A stretch of 36,964 nucleotides of DNA from Thermoproteota archaeon. Its GTDB lineage: Archaea > Asgardarchaeota > Jordiarchaeia > Jordiarchaeales > Freyrarchaeaceae. The notes under the pieces were generated by a model that worked only from the letters and a program-made list of their open reading frames with translations, made no database searches and was not told the DNA's origin. Below are positions 1 through 9,351 of the stretch, piece after piece (position 1 is the first letter of the stretch; every line of letters starts with the position of its first letter). The stretch spans positions 1-36,964 of the forward strand of contig JAPDJY010000075.1 of the NCBI GenBank assembly GCA_029258835.1. The letters run 5' to 3'. A program made the translations under genes and the position numbers.

Positions 1-168
1 CTTATAGAGAGGCGACACATGCTGCACGCTATAAGAATATGTGTTCCGGTCGAAGAACAAGTCAAAAGGAAGTTCGGATCGTTTGAGAGAGCGGTGGAGA
101 AGGAGGTATCACATTACAGGGCTAAACAAATGCTAGCTAACCTTGACGGGTTAGCTCGTTACGGGTAG
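1..168 (+). CDS. 3' end of a gene truncated by the window edge; resembles the C-terminus of archaeal Lon-like AAA+ ATPases that lack the protease domain
   Basis: Frame 1 is open from base 1 to TAG at 166-168: LIERRHMLHAIRICVPVEEQVKRKFGSFERAV...RYG*. The 'H..AI....EEQ....(F/Y)GS' pattern is recalled from this family; not searched. Confidence 0.45.
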   Translation, partial: LIERRHMLHAIRICVPVEEQVKRKFGSFERAVEKEVSHYRAKQMLANLDGLARYG

Positions 169-258
169 GCTTGAATGAAACATTGTGAAACATAAACTTA
201 AAAGTTAGCTTCTATTCTTCCTTTAACGGTCTTCACGTTCGCTTTAGGCGGTGCTTAC

Positions 259-1080
259 ATGACTGAGAGAGAAGCTGAGAAGCTTTGGAGGAAGCTTGTG
301 AAGCCCGTGGTTCCAGGATCCAAGAAGCTTTACGAGCTTTACCGCATTTACACGTTTCTGGGTGTTAAGAGGGGGGAGCTCCTGCTCGACCTGCTGGAAA
401 GGTTTTCACCAACCAGAGGAAGGTTTTTCCTTGATGTTGGGTGTGGCGCCGGAGGGCTCGCCATAGCTTTCACTAAGAGGAGCCTTGCAACGGTCGCGTT
501 CGACGTCGACCCAAGGTATTTAGAGGTTGCAAGGGTGTGGGGGGAAGAGGAGGGAGTCGAATTAAACCTGCTCCTTGCGAGCGGGGAGAACATGCCTTTC
601 AGAGGGGGGAGTTTCGACTTCGTAGCGTGCAGCGACCTGATAGAGCATGTGCATAACCCCGACAAGCTAGCTGAGGAGGTAGCTAGGGTTCTAAGGAGCG
701 GGGGGTTCCTCTACCTAACGTGCCCTAATAGGATCTCTCCAAGGCTCGTGTGGAGGGACAATCATTACCTCCTTCCCTTCTTCACGCTCCTTCCAAGGCG
801 GATGGCAGACTGCTACGTTAAGGCTACTAAGAGGGGGGAAAGCAACGAGGTCTTCTTCCTGCCAACGTACCCGAGACTGGTGAAAATGTTCGAGAAGGTT
901 GGAGTGAAACTTTACTCACGAGAACTCGAGGAGAAAATTCGGGAGGCTGAGAGGGCCCTGTCATTCCTTAAGGAAACGAGACTCTACAAAACGGTAATGC
1001 ACATAGTCGAGTTCGCTTTAAAGCACTTCTACGTTAAATGGATATGTCCAATATGGATTTTCATAGGCAGAAGAAAGTGA
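259..1080 (+). CDS. Class I SAM-dependent methyltransferase (Methyltransf_11-like)
   Basis: Motif I FLDVGCGAGG, AFDVD, and 'MPFRGGSFDFVACSDLIEHV...RVLRSGG'. Confidence 0.9.
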   Translation: MTEREAEKLWRKLVKPVVPGSKKLYELYRIYTFLGVKRGELLLDLLERFSPTRGRFFLDVGCGAGGLAIAFTKRSLATVAFDVDPRYLEVARVWGEEEGVELNLLLASGENMPFRGGSFDFVACSDLIEHVHNPDKLAEEVARVLRSGGFLYLTCPNRISPRLVWRDNHYLLPFFTLLPRRMADCYVKATKRGESNEVFFLPTYPRLVKMFEKVGVKLYSRELEEKIREAERALSFLKETRLYKTVMHIVEFALKHFYVKWICPIWIFIGRRK

Positions 1081-1236
1081 GAAAGGAAATAAATGAAAGG
1101 TTGCGGTGGAGGAAGAGGGGCTCAACTATTACCCTCTACCACCCCTTTTATCACTGTTAATGATGAGTTATTGGGGGGAGGAAAAGTAGAAATTATGGGA
1201 TTACAATTTTTAAATTTGGTTAATAAGGTGGGTTTT

Positions 1237-2580
1237 ATGATTAGGCTTGAGTACGATAAGGGCACCATTGTGATCCGTGGCATGCAGGTTCCCAATTCTA
1301 GGTGGGATGATAGGGTCAATGCCTATCGTGCCCTAGCCATGTACTACCGGGACATCGTAGACTACCTTAAGGCTTCGAAGATACGGTTTGAAGACAGTGT
1401 TCTTGACCTCGTGCCGTGCCCTGCTCTTAGGCTTAACTTGGAGTTAAAGGATTACCAAGAGGACGCTGTTAGGGCATGGGTTGAGGCTGGGAAGCGTGGC
1501 GTTATGGTTATGCCTACCGGGTCGGGGAAGACGTTCGTGGCTATGAAGGCGATGTCCATTATATCGGAAGCGACGCTGGTTGTAGTGCCGACGTTAGACC
1601 TCATGGATCAATGGGCCACCCGCCTGTCAGAGACGTTTAACGTTTCCGTGGGCGTTTACGGGGGAGGAGAACACGTCCTCGGCCCCGTCACCGTTGCAAC
1701 GTATGACACAGCCTACCTTAGGATCGAAGAGCTAGGAAACAAGTTTTCACTAATAGTTTTCGACGAGGTCCACCATCTTCCATCACCCGGCTACTCGCAA
1801 ATAGCCGAGATGTCGGCTGCACCGTATAGGATGGGGCTTACGGCGACTTACGAGAGAGCTGATGGGCTACACGTTGAGCTGGCAAGGCTCATAGGAGGAG
1901 TGAGGTATGAAGTTCCAATCAGAGAGCTAGCTGGTAGGCACCTTGCCGAGTACGAGATACGTCGCATCCTTGTCGATCTCTCCCCCGAGGAGCGTGAAGA
2001 GTACGAGAAGGCGTACTCTGTTTACGTTAACTACTTACGGGAGCATAACCTCTCCATGAGCTCGCCGGAGGACTTTAGGAAGCTAGTTCTGAGGAGTGGC
2101 AGGGACCCGAGGGCGAGGGAGGCTCTCCTAGCAAGGCACAAAGCTAGAACCATTTCGATAAATTCATCAGCTAAGCTGGATGCACTAACGAAGATTCTTG
2201 AAAAGCACGTCAATGACAGGATAATAATATTCACCGAGCATAACAGCTTGGTTTACGCTGTAAGCACAGCGTTCCTTATCCCGGCGATAACGCATAAAAC
2301 CCCTAAGAAGGAGAGAAGCGAGATTCTCAGTAAGTTCAGGAATGGAGAGTACCGGGCAGTGGTGACGAGCAAGGTGCTTGATGAGGGTGTAGACGTCCCT
2401 GAGGCAAACGTAGGCGTCATCTTAGGGGGAAGCGGGAGCAAGAGGGAGTTCATCCAGAGGCTGGGGAGGCTTCTAAGGAAGAAGGAGGGGAAGAGAGCTG
2501 TGCTCTACGAGATCGTGTCCAAATCCTCCGAGATAGCGATCTCGAAGAGAAGGCGGAAGGGTTTAGAGCAAGCAACGTAG
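1237..2580 (+). CDS. xpb: XPB/Rad25-family SF2 DNA helicase
   Basis: Q motif LKDYQ, Walker A PTGSGKT, DEVH, TAT, 'VLDEGVDVPEA', QRLGRLLR. Likely start is ATG 1237 (MIRLEYDKGT) after AAGGTG; the ORF track extends it to 1093. Confidence 0.92.
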   Translation: MIRLEYDKGTIVIRGMQVPNSRWDDRVNAYRALAMYYRDIVDYLKASKIRFEDSVLDLVPCPALRLNLELKDYQEDAVRAWVEAGKRGVMVMPTGSGKTFVAMKAMSIISEATLVVVPTLDLMDQWATRLSETFNVSVGVYGGGEHVLGPVTVATYDTAYLRIEELGNKFSLIVFDEVHHLPSPGYSQIAEMSAAPYRMGLTATYERADGLHVELARLIGGVRYEVPIRELAGRHLAEYEIRRILVDLSPEEREEYEKAYSVYVNYLREHNLSMSSPEDFRKLVLRSGRDPRAREALLARHKARTISINSSAKLDALTKILEKHVNDRIIIFTEHNSLVYAVSTAFLIPAITHKTPKKERSEILSKFRNGEYRAVVTSKVLDEGVDVPEANVGVILGGSGSKREFIQRLGRLLRKKEGKRAVLYEIVSKSSEIAISKRRRKGLEQAT

Positions 2581-2627
2581 CATGATGGCGGAGATTGGCA
2601 AGCATTTATGTTGGATGGTGGTGGAGG

Positions 2628-4157
2628 GTGCTTCCAAGCGAGCTCCTAGTAGCTAGGATTTATGGGAACAAGATAGTTCCCCGGTTTGCTAGGATGAGCA
2701 GGGAAAACCTCGGCTTGGCAGCCGAAATGATTAACATTTTCAAAACGAGTATTGGTAGAAAGAGGGGGGAGATTCTTGATCTTGTAAGCGAGTTTGAGGA
2801 GGGGGTCAACTACCGCTTTGTTCGGGGGCTGCGAATTCTCCTTGAAAGAAGAAGCGTTTTCGAGGTGAAAAGCAGACTTAACCCAGTGGAGGTCAGGAGG
2901 TTCGTGTTTGAGGAAGCCAGCAGGGCTGGTGGTCCTGTGACGAGTAGAGGGGAAAGAAGGAGGATTCTGGAGAGGGTTGCGGTGAGGCTTTCCTCGACGG
3001 TGGAGGAGGTGGAGGAGGCTTTATGGGCTGACCAGGAAACAGAGCAAGTTCTGGTTTCCTTTAGCGACGTAGATCCAGCGGAACTCCTAAGAATTTATAA
3101 CTTGTCCCTAGCTCAAACTATGCTTTTTAATGCCATCAGCTTAAACGTTTACGTGGAGGGAGGAGGGAAGGAGGTACTTAGGGAGGTTAAGTATAGGGGG
3201 CTCATGTACCTTGCTGAGAAGCAAGGGGAGTGGGTTACCATAACAATCGATGGGCCGGCGTCGCTGTTGAAGATGACCGAGCGCTATGGAACGTCCATGG
3301 CCAAGATCCTCCCGTCAGTGATCACGTCCGGGAAATGGGCTATAAGGGCGAACGTGGTGAGGAAGGGAGCCGATAATAAGCCGAGAATTTATGAGTTCAC
3401 CTTGAATTATAGGGACAACTACCTTCTTAAGGCGAGGGAGAGGGAGGAGGTAAAGTTTGACAGCATGGTTGAAGAGGATTTTTACAGGGCGTTTCAGTCC
3501 CTAGGAACGGACTGGGTGATAAAGAGGGAGTCAGAGCCGCTGCTTGCGGGTAAGACCATTCTGGTGCCAGACTTCACCCTAGAGAAGGGGCCTGTAAAGG
3601 TTTACTTGGAGATAGTGGGGTTCTGGACTGACGAGTACGTTAAGAGGAAGCTGGAGAAGCTGGGTAAGGTGGAGGAGAACGTCATCTTAGCTGTAGATGA
3701 AGAATTAGCGTGTTCCTCCTTTCAAAGGTATCGAGACGTCATATATTACAGGAAGAAAATTCCTTTGAAGCCGCTTATCGAGATACTTAGAAGGTACGAG
3801 GTTGAAGCGCTGGAAAGAAGCGCTAGAAGTTTAGAGTTGGAAAGGTACGTTCCTGACAAGGATGTCATCCGCTTAGACGAGGTGGCTGATGCTTATGGTG
3901 TCAGTGTTGAGTCAGTTAAGGAAAGGCTGCATGTTGAAGGCTATAGGGTGATAGGGAGCTTGCTGATCAGTGAGCAGGTTTTAGAGGCGATTAAAGGCGA
4001 ATTAGAGTCTAAGCCTGAAAGGAGCAGACTGGAGGCAGAGGCCATCCTTAAGAGGTATGGAGTGGGAGACTTCGACTTGGTTTTAGACGCTTTAGGCTTT
4101 AAGACCGTTTGGCCAGGTGTGATAGACCCGAAAAAAGCGAAGGTGGTTAGGAAATAA
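2628..4157 (+). CDS. bax1: Bax1 (DUF790-family) endonuclease, partner of XPB
   Basis: N-terminal MLPSELL, 'YNLSLAQT', 'DGPASL...TERYG', PD-(D/E)xK-like 'PDF...EIVGFWT'. Lies directly downstream of xpb. Probable GTG start at 2628. Confidence 0.9.
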   Translation: MLPSELLVARIYGNKIVPRFARMSRENLGLAAEMINIFKTSIGRKRGEILDLVSEFEEGVNYRFVRGLRILLERRSVFEVKSRLNPVEVRRFVFEEASRAGGPVTSRGERRRILERVAVRLSSTVEEVEEALWADQETEQVLVSFSDVDPAELLRIYNLSLAQTMLFNAISLNVYVEGGGKEVLREVKYRGLMYLAEKQGEWVTITIDGPASLLKMTERYGTSMAKILPSVITSGKWAIRANVVRKGADNKPRIYEFTLNYRDNYLLKAREREEVKFDSMVEEDFYRAFQSLGTDWVIKRESEPLLAGKTILVPDFTLEKGPVKVYLEIVGFWTDEYVKRKLEKLGKVEENVILAVDEELACSSFQRYRDVIYYRKKIPLKPLIEILRRYEVEALERSARSLELERYVPDKDVIRLDEVADAYGVSVESVKERLHVEGYRVIGSLLISEQVLEAIKGELESKPERSRLEAEAILKRYGVGDFDLVLDALGFKTVWPGVIDPKKAKVVRK

Positions 4158-4382
4158 ACGCGCCTTTAACCTGTGTTTTTTGATGGTTGAAACGTGCATG
4201 TTGCACTTGTAACGTCCAATGGTTTCTGCATGTAAAATCATACTTAGGGGAGGGTGGTGGGGATGTGGCAGGTACCTCCAGCCATGAGGTGGGGAACGTA
4301 GATGAGAGGGTGTGAATCCCAGAAGGGTAAAGGTGATGGTCAGATAAACGTGAAGTGGCTCATTTACGTAGGAGCTCTTCAA

Positions 4383-4482
4383 TGAAGCCTGAGGAGGAAA
4401 GGCTCCCGGCCCGTGGAAGCGGTGAAGCCGCAAGAGCGGCGGAGAGCCGAGGCTGTTTTTAAGGGTTATGGTGCCGGCTTCA
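4383..4482 (+). ncRNA. Candidate structured non-coding RNA or cis-element upstream of smc
   Basis: Nested pairings AGCCT/AGGCT, GGCTC/GAGCC, hairpins CCGT-GGAA-GCGG and GCCGC-AAGA-GCGGC, then a T-run at 4456-4460. No credible ORF. Confidence 0.35.
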
Positions 4483-4623
4483 GAAAGCTTATTTTCTTCC
4501 TTTTACTTATGTAGGATGATTTTCTCAGAAGCAATAAATCATGTTAAATCGTTCCTTTAGCAAAAGAGGGGACGTGTTTTCCTGAGAATGGAGGGCTTTC
4601 GGAGACGCGAGGAGGGCTTCTTC

Positions 4624-7600
4624 TTGGTGTTTCTGAAGAAGGTTGAAATGGTAAACTTTAAGAGTTACGGGAACAGGAAGGTTACCCTTACCTTTCCGAA
4701 AGGGTTCACCGCTATCGTAGGCCCAAATGGGAGCGGTAAAAGCAACGTAGTTGACGCCGTCCTCTTCGTCCTAGGACGCTTAGGGTCGAAGAGCCTTAGG
4801 GCGTCCGTCCTCACCGACCTAATATTTGCCGGGTCAAAGTCGTCTAAGCCGTCCAAATATGCTAAAGTTACAGTGTGGTTCGACAACAGGGACAGAGCGT
4901 TCCCCTTAGACAACGACGAGGTTCAAATATCAAGGAAGGTTAACTCTGATGGCCGGACAGAATACCGTTTAAATGGTAAACTTACCACGAGAACTGAAAT
5001 AGTGGACATGCTCTCCCTAGCCAATGTGAGCCCGAACGGCCTTAACATAATACTTCAAGGAGAAGTTTCGCGGATAGTCATGATGTCTCCCTTAGAGAGG
5101 AGACGTTTAATAGAGGAGATAGCTGGGATATCCCACTTCGACGAGAAAAGGGAGAAAGCCCGGAAGGAGCTTGAAGAAGCTAAAAGGAAGATCTCGCAGC
5201 TGGAGCTGCTCCATGTGGAAATACAGAAGCAGCTTGAAAAGTTGAGGCGTGAGAAGGAGGAGGCTGAAAGGTGGCTCGCACTCTCCAAGGAGATTAGAAG
5301 GAAAAGAGCGGCGCTCTTGAGCGCCAGGTACTATAACCTCAGAGGGAAGCTGGACGAGATGAGGGAGAAGCTGAGGGTTGTCGAGGAAGAGGTAGGAGAG
5401 GTTTCGGTAAGGAGGAGCATCTTGGTGGAAAGGCAGGGAAGATTAGAGGAGGAGATACGGCTTGAAGAGGAGAACAGGAAGAGGATGGCTAGGCAAAGCC
5501 AAGAATTGACTTCGAAAATACGCGTGTTGACTAGCCAGGTGGCTGAGATGCAGGCGGAAGTTAAGTATGAAGAGAGAAAACTTGAGGATGCGGAGAGAAG
5601 CATAGAAAAGCTAATGGCTCTCTTCGGGAGAGTAGAAGAGCTGATCGCTGAAAACTCTGAAAGGATGCGGGAATCCGAGGAGGATAGGAGCAGGATTTCA
5701 AGGATGCTTTCCGATGAGGAAAGGAAGCTTGAAGAGTTGAGGAGGGAGCGAGATTCCGTGAAGGAGAGCCTTAAGGAGATCCGTGAGCAACTGTACGAGG
5801 TAAGGAGGGAGGAGAAGGAGGTTGAGGAGAAAGTTAACTCTTTAAGAATTAAGGCCGGCGACGCTTTCAACGCATTGGCGCTGATATCATCTGGAATAAG
5901 GGAAAAGGAGAGGGAGCTTTCCCTCTTAGAGAGGGAAAGAGAAAGGCTCATGCGGGAGATTTCGGAGCTGAAGGCAAGGGTTGAGGAGTGGAGTTCGGTT
6001 ATAAGTAGAGCGAGTTCTATTTTGCCACTGCTCACCCAGGAACAGAAAAAGTTGAACGGGAAGGTGAAGGAGCTTAAGGGGAGAATGGAAGAGGTTAAAG
6101 GTGAAAAGGCGAGACTAGAAGCCTTAATGGAGGCGCAGCACCTTCTCGCCCCTCAGAAGAGAAGAGAGTTTACCGAAAGCTTAAGGAGGAAGGGGGTGAA
6201 GGCTTACGGATTCCTTATTGATCTGTGTGAGGTCGACGAGGAAAAGAGGGATATTCTAGGCTCACTAAGGAAGCTCCTCACCGTTTTCCTAGTTGAGGAC
6301 TTAAACGATGTCAGAGAGGCGATATGGCACTCTCGAGAGGAGGGACTTACTAGAATCACCGTCTTCCCGAGGAGCATGGTGAAGCCATGTAGTGTTAAAG
6401 TGAACTCTGTCTTAAGGTACGTGAGGAGCAGAGGGTTCAGCGATGTTTTCAGCTACCTTTTAGGGGACGTGGTTGAGGGGGAAGGGTTCGAAGAGGATGC
6501 AGAGGTCGTCGCTGAGGATGGGATAACATATACTAGGAAAGGGCTGGTTGTCGCCGAGAACCTTCCGGTTTTAAGATACTCATTAATTCTGGAGAGGTTA
6601 CATGATGAATCCGAGGTACTACGGGAGAAAGTGGAAAAATACAGTCGAATAGCCGAGAAAGCAGCCACCACCTTACTCATCCTAGAGAGGGAAGCAGCAT
6701 CCCTTATGCGTCAAAGGGAGGAGGCAGCCTCCAGAATTTCCATTCTGCATGAGGAGCTTAGTGGCATAGAAAACTCGGTGGTTCGGCTTCAGGCGTTAAT
6801 AAACGATTTCCGCTTGAAGGAGGAGGCGCAGCGGAGAGAGGCTGCAGAGGCGAGGAGTAAACTGGAGGAGTATGAAAGGAAGCTGGAAGAAGTAGCTGCC
6901 AAGAGGAGGGATCTTGAAGATAAGTTGTCCACCCCCATCTTGGGGGAGTTCGAGGAGTTAATCAGGCGGAAAGAGGAGAAGATTGGAAAGGTAAAGGAGG
7001 AACTTCAGAAAGTTGAGTTAAAGCTGGCTAAGCTTCAAGCCGAAAAGGAGGGGTTGGAGGGTGAGAGGGAGAGGGCAACGTTAGAGTTGAACAGCGCAAG
7101 GGCGAGGATGAGAGAGGGGAGGGAGCGAATAGACAGTAAAAGAAGGATCTTAGTTGATGTTGAGGGGGTTCTGGCAGAGAGTGAAAGAAAAAAAGAAGCA
7201 GTTGATGAAGCGTTAAGGCACACTCAAGAAGTGTTGGAGGAGAAGAGAGAGGAGTTAAAGAAGGTAGACAAGGAGATAAGAGAGCTGACAGGAAGACTTG
7301 AAAAACTGCTTTCGGTTCAAGGAAGCATTAAAAGCGAGATAGGCAAGTTGGAGGCGGAGGTTGAGGGGGTTGTGAGGGAGGCTGAAGGCGAGCAGGTTAC
7401 CCTCTCACGTTCTTCTCTAAGCGATTCGGATATGGAAAGGCTTGAAGGGGAGGTTGCACAGCTCCTAACGGAGAAGGAGAAGCTTGAACCTGTTAACCTT
7501 AAGGCACCTGAACAGTACGAGGAGGCGAAGAGCAGATCCTCAGAATTCGGCGAGAAGATTCTGGAGCTAGTTGAGGAAAGAAAGGCCATAGAACGCCTCA

Positions 7601-8112
7601 TAGAAGAGATAAGCCAGCGTAAGAAGAAAGTGTTTTTGGAGGCTATTGAGGTGATAAACAGGTACTTTAACGAGTTCTTCTCTGAGCTATCCCCCGGAGG
7701 ATGGGCTCAGCTGGTCTTAGAGGATGAAGGCGACCCGTTTGAAGGGGGGGTGCTCATAAGGGCTAAGCCAGGGGGGAAGGAGGTTAAAAGCCTTGAAGCT
7801 ATGTCTGGCGGGGAAAAATCTTTAACGACGATCGCCTTCATCTTCGCCATCTATCGTTACAAGCCAGCGCCGTTCTACCTTCTAGATGAAATAGACGCCT
7901 TCCTAGACAAGGAAAACGTTAGGAGGGTGGCAAAGCTGATAAAAAAGCTGTCAAGGGAATCCCAGTTCATAATTATAAGCTTAAGAGACCTTATGGTTAG
8001 CGAGGCGGACAAGGTGTATGGGGTCGCCAGCGTCGACGGTGTGTCAACGGTCGTCGGCGTCGACTTGGAAAGGGTGTTACCGTACGTGGAAGCTGAGGGG
8101 GGAAACATGTGA
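4624..8112 (+). CDS. smc: Chromosome segregation protein SMC (condensin ATPase) with a divergent hinge
   Basis: NFKSY, Walker A GPNGSGKSN, Q-loop LQGEV, long coiled coils, 'PVNLKA', signature MSGGEKS, Walker B/D-loop LLDEIDAFLD. Likely TTG 4624 or GTG 4627 start after GGAGG. Confidence 0.95.
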   Translation: MVFLKKVEMVNFKSYGNRKVTLTFPKGFTAIVGPNGSGKSNVVDAVLFVLGRLGSKSLRASVLTDLIFAGSKSSKPSKYAKVTVWFDNRDRAFPLDNDEVQISRKVNSDGRTEYRLNGKLTTRTEIVDMLSLANVSPNGLNIILQGEVSRIVMMSPLERRRLIEEIAGISHFDEKREKARKELEEAKRKISQLELLHVEIQKQLEKLRREKEEAERWLALSKEIRRKRAALLSARYYNLRGKLDEMREKLRVVEEEVGEVSVRRSILVERQGRLEEEIRLEEENRKRMARQSQELTSKIRVLTSQVAEMQAEVKYEERKLEDAERSIEKLMALFGRVEELIAENSERMRESEEDRSRISRMLSDEERKLEELRRERDSVKESLKEIREQLYEVRREEKEVEEKVNSLRIKAGDAFNALALISSGIREKERELSLLERERERLMREISELKARVEEWSSVISRASSILPLLTQEQKKLNGKVKELKGRMEEVKGEKARLEALMEAQHLLAPQKRREFTESLRRKGVKAYGFLIDLCEVDEEKRDILGSLRKLLTVFLVEDLNDVREAIWHSREEGLTRITVFPRSMVKPCSVKVNSVLRYVRSRGFSDVFSYLLGDVVEGEGFEEDAEVVAEDGITYTRKGLVVAENLPVLRYSLILERLHDESEVLREKVEKYSRIAEKAATTLLILEREAASLMRQREEAASRISILHEELSGIENSVVRLQALINDFRLKEEAQRREAAEARSKLEEYERKLEEVAAKRRDLEDKLSTPILGEFEELIRRKEEKIGKVKEELQKVELKLAKLQAEKEGLEGERERATLELNSARARMREGRERIDSKRRILVDVEGVLAESERKKEAVDEALRHTQEVLEEKREELKKVDKEIRELTGRLEKLLSVQGSIKSEIGKLEAEVEGVVREAEGEQVTLSRSSLSDSDMERLEGEVAQLLTEKEKLEPVNLKAPEQYEEAKSRSSEFGEKILELVEERKAIERLIEEISQRKKKVFLEAIEVINRYFNEFFSELSPGGWAQLVLEDEGDPFEGGVLIRAKPGGKEVKSLEAMSGGEKSLTTIAFIFAIYRYKPAPFYLLDEIDAFLDKENVRRVAKLIKKLSRESQFIIISLRDLMVSEADKVYGVASVDGVSTVVGVDLERVLPYVEAEGGNM

Positions 8113-8786
8113 AAGGCATACAGGGCTTTAGGGAGTACCTTGCGTTACTGGATCCGCCGGATAAGTGGATGAGAAACCCCTTAACAGTGGATCTAAAAAG
8201 CATTGTATCCCAGTTCACGGAGAAGGTTAAGTCAAGCTCGTACATAGACCTTAAAGCGTGCGGGATCGCTGTTTATAACAGCGCCTACCTTCACCGTAGA
8301 AGGGTGGATGTTGTCCTCAGCATGTATAGGCCACGGCGGGAGAAGAGGAACGGGGAGGCTTACGCGCCTCAGCTCGACTTAGCCTTGAGAAGGGGGATGC
8401 ATCCTGTAAGCTTTGACGACCTAGTGAGGGCGCTCCACGATGCCCTATCAGAGCTTAACCCTAGGAGGAGGCGGAGAAGGAGTGAAGACGTGCGGAAGGA
8501 GGTTAAGTTCTTCTTAGACGAGGAGGAGGTGAGGGTCGAGGAGTTAATAGGTGATGTATACCGGGCTCTTCAACGCCTTAGCCGCCGCGAAAAACCTGTA
8601 AGGTTTAGGACGTTAATACTTAACTATGAGTGGGATGCTATACCCGTAGAGTTGGTGAAGCTTAGGCTTGTCCGAATACTTCTCTGTCTCCTCCACCTTA
8701 CAGTCCAGAGGAAGGTCGAGTTGTTGCAGAAAGAGACGGGAGAAATCCAGATATACCTTTTAACGGAGGGGTGGGGAGATGAGTGA
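8109..8786 (+). CDS. scpA: Kleisin ScpA (divergent)
   Basis: Overlaps the smc stop (GTGA). 'NPLTVDL...F...IDLKACG' N-domain and a C-terminal winged helix 'LVRILLCLLHL..RKVELLQ..GEIQI'. Sits between smc and scpB. Confidence 0.8.
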   Translation: MKGIQGFREYLALLDPPDKWMRNPLTVDLKSIVSQFTEKVKSSSYIDLKACGIAVYNSAYLHRRRVDVVLSMYRPRREKRNGEAYAPQLDLALRRGMHPVSFDDLVRALHDALSELNPRRRRRRSEDVRKEVKFFLDEEEVRVEELIGDVYRALQRLSRREKPVRFRTLILNYEWDAIPVELVKLRLVRILLCLLHLTVQRKVELLQKETGEIQIYLLTEGWGDE

Positions 8787-9351
8787 AAGAGGGGATGGGA
8801 ATGATGTCCCCCTAAAGCAGAGGGTTGAAGCCGTTCTCTACATAGCGGGGAGGCCGTTAACGCTGGAGGAAATATCGGAGGCGGCTAAAGCTAAAGGTAA
8901 AGCGTCCGTTAGGAACGCTATAGAGGAGCTCAAAGAGGAGTACCAAGAAAGGGGCTCAGCCCTGACTATAGTAAGCCTCCCAGGAGAGAAGTATGTTATG
9001 CAGCTACACGAGAAGTTAGCACCTTACGCTGAGAAGGTTGCCCCTGACGCCGTTCTGTCGGAGCAAGTGATGAAAACTCTCTCGGTGATAGCGTTCCTTC
9101 AGCCAGTAAAGCAGTCACACATAGTGAGGGCGAGGGGGAAAGCTGCTTACAGCCACATTAAAGAGCTGGAGTTTAAGGGGTTCATCAGGTCTGAGAGGGC
9201 TGGCTTAACGAAGATCCTTCGAACAACAGACTACTTCGCCGAGTACTTCGGACTATCAAAAAATGTTGCAGCCCTTAAGAGGCAATTAGGGCTAAGAGTG
9301 AAGGCAGGGCGACTTCACCCGACCCAAACCAAGACGGAAATGGAAAGTTAA
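8779..9351 (+). CDS. scpB: SMC-Scp complex KITE subunit ScpB
   Basis: 'VEAVLY.AGRPL', 'TLSVIAFLQPVKQS...RG..AYSHIKEL...GFI', 'TT..FAEYFGL'. Confidence 0.95.
   Translation: MSERGDGNDVPLKQRVEAVLYIAGRPLTLEEISEAAKAKGKASVRNAIEELKEEYQERGSALTIVSLPGEKYVMQLHEKLAPYAEKVAPDAVLSEQVMKTLSVIAFLQPVKQSHIVRARGKAAYSHIKELEFKGFIRSERAGLTKILRTTDYFAEYFGLSKNVAALKRQLGLRVKAGRLHPTQTKTEMES

Noticed and set aside
1100-1170. Intergenic hairpin (GGTGG..AGAGGG/CCCTCT.CCACC) followed by a perfect C box ATGATGA
   Set aside because: There is no CUGA D box at a suitable distance. It may be a simple terminator hairpin, and the ORF extension to 1093 is likely spurious.
4285-4500. Resemblance to a c-di-AMP (ydaO) riboswitch, hammerhead (CUGAGGA..GAAA), SECIS (AUGA..AAA), C/D box RNA or a second RNase P RNA
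   Set aside because: Each has only partial word matches. The required helices or boxes are missing: no hammerhead stem II, no 3' GA for a SECIS, no P4 partner.
4665-8245. Many antisense Ser/Leu/Phe-rich ORFs (for example 5331-6035) and similar ones across the window
   Set aside because: They are reverse-complement shadows of Glu/Lys/Arg-rich genes.
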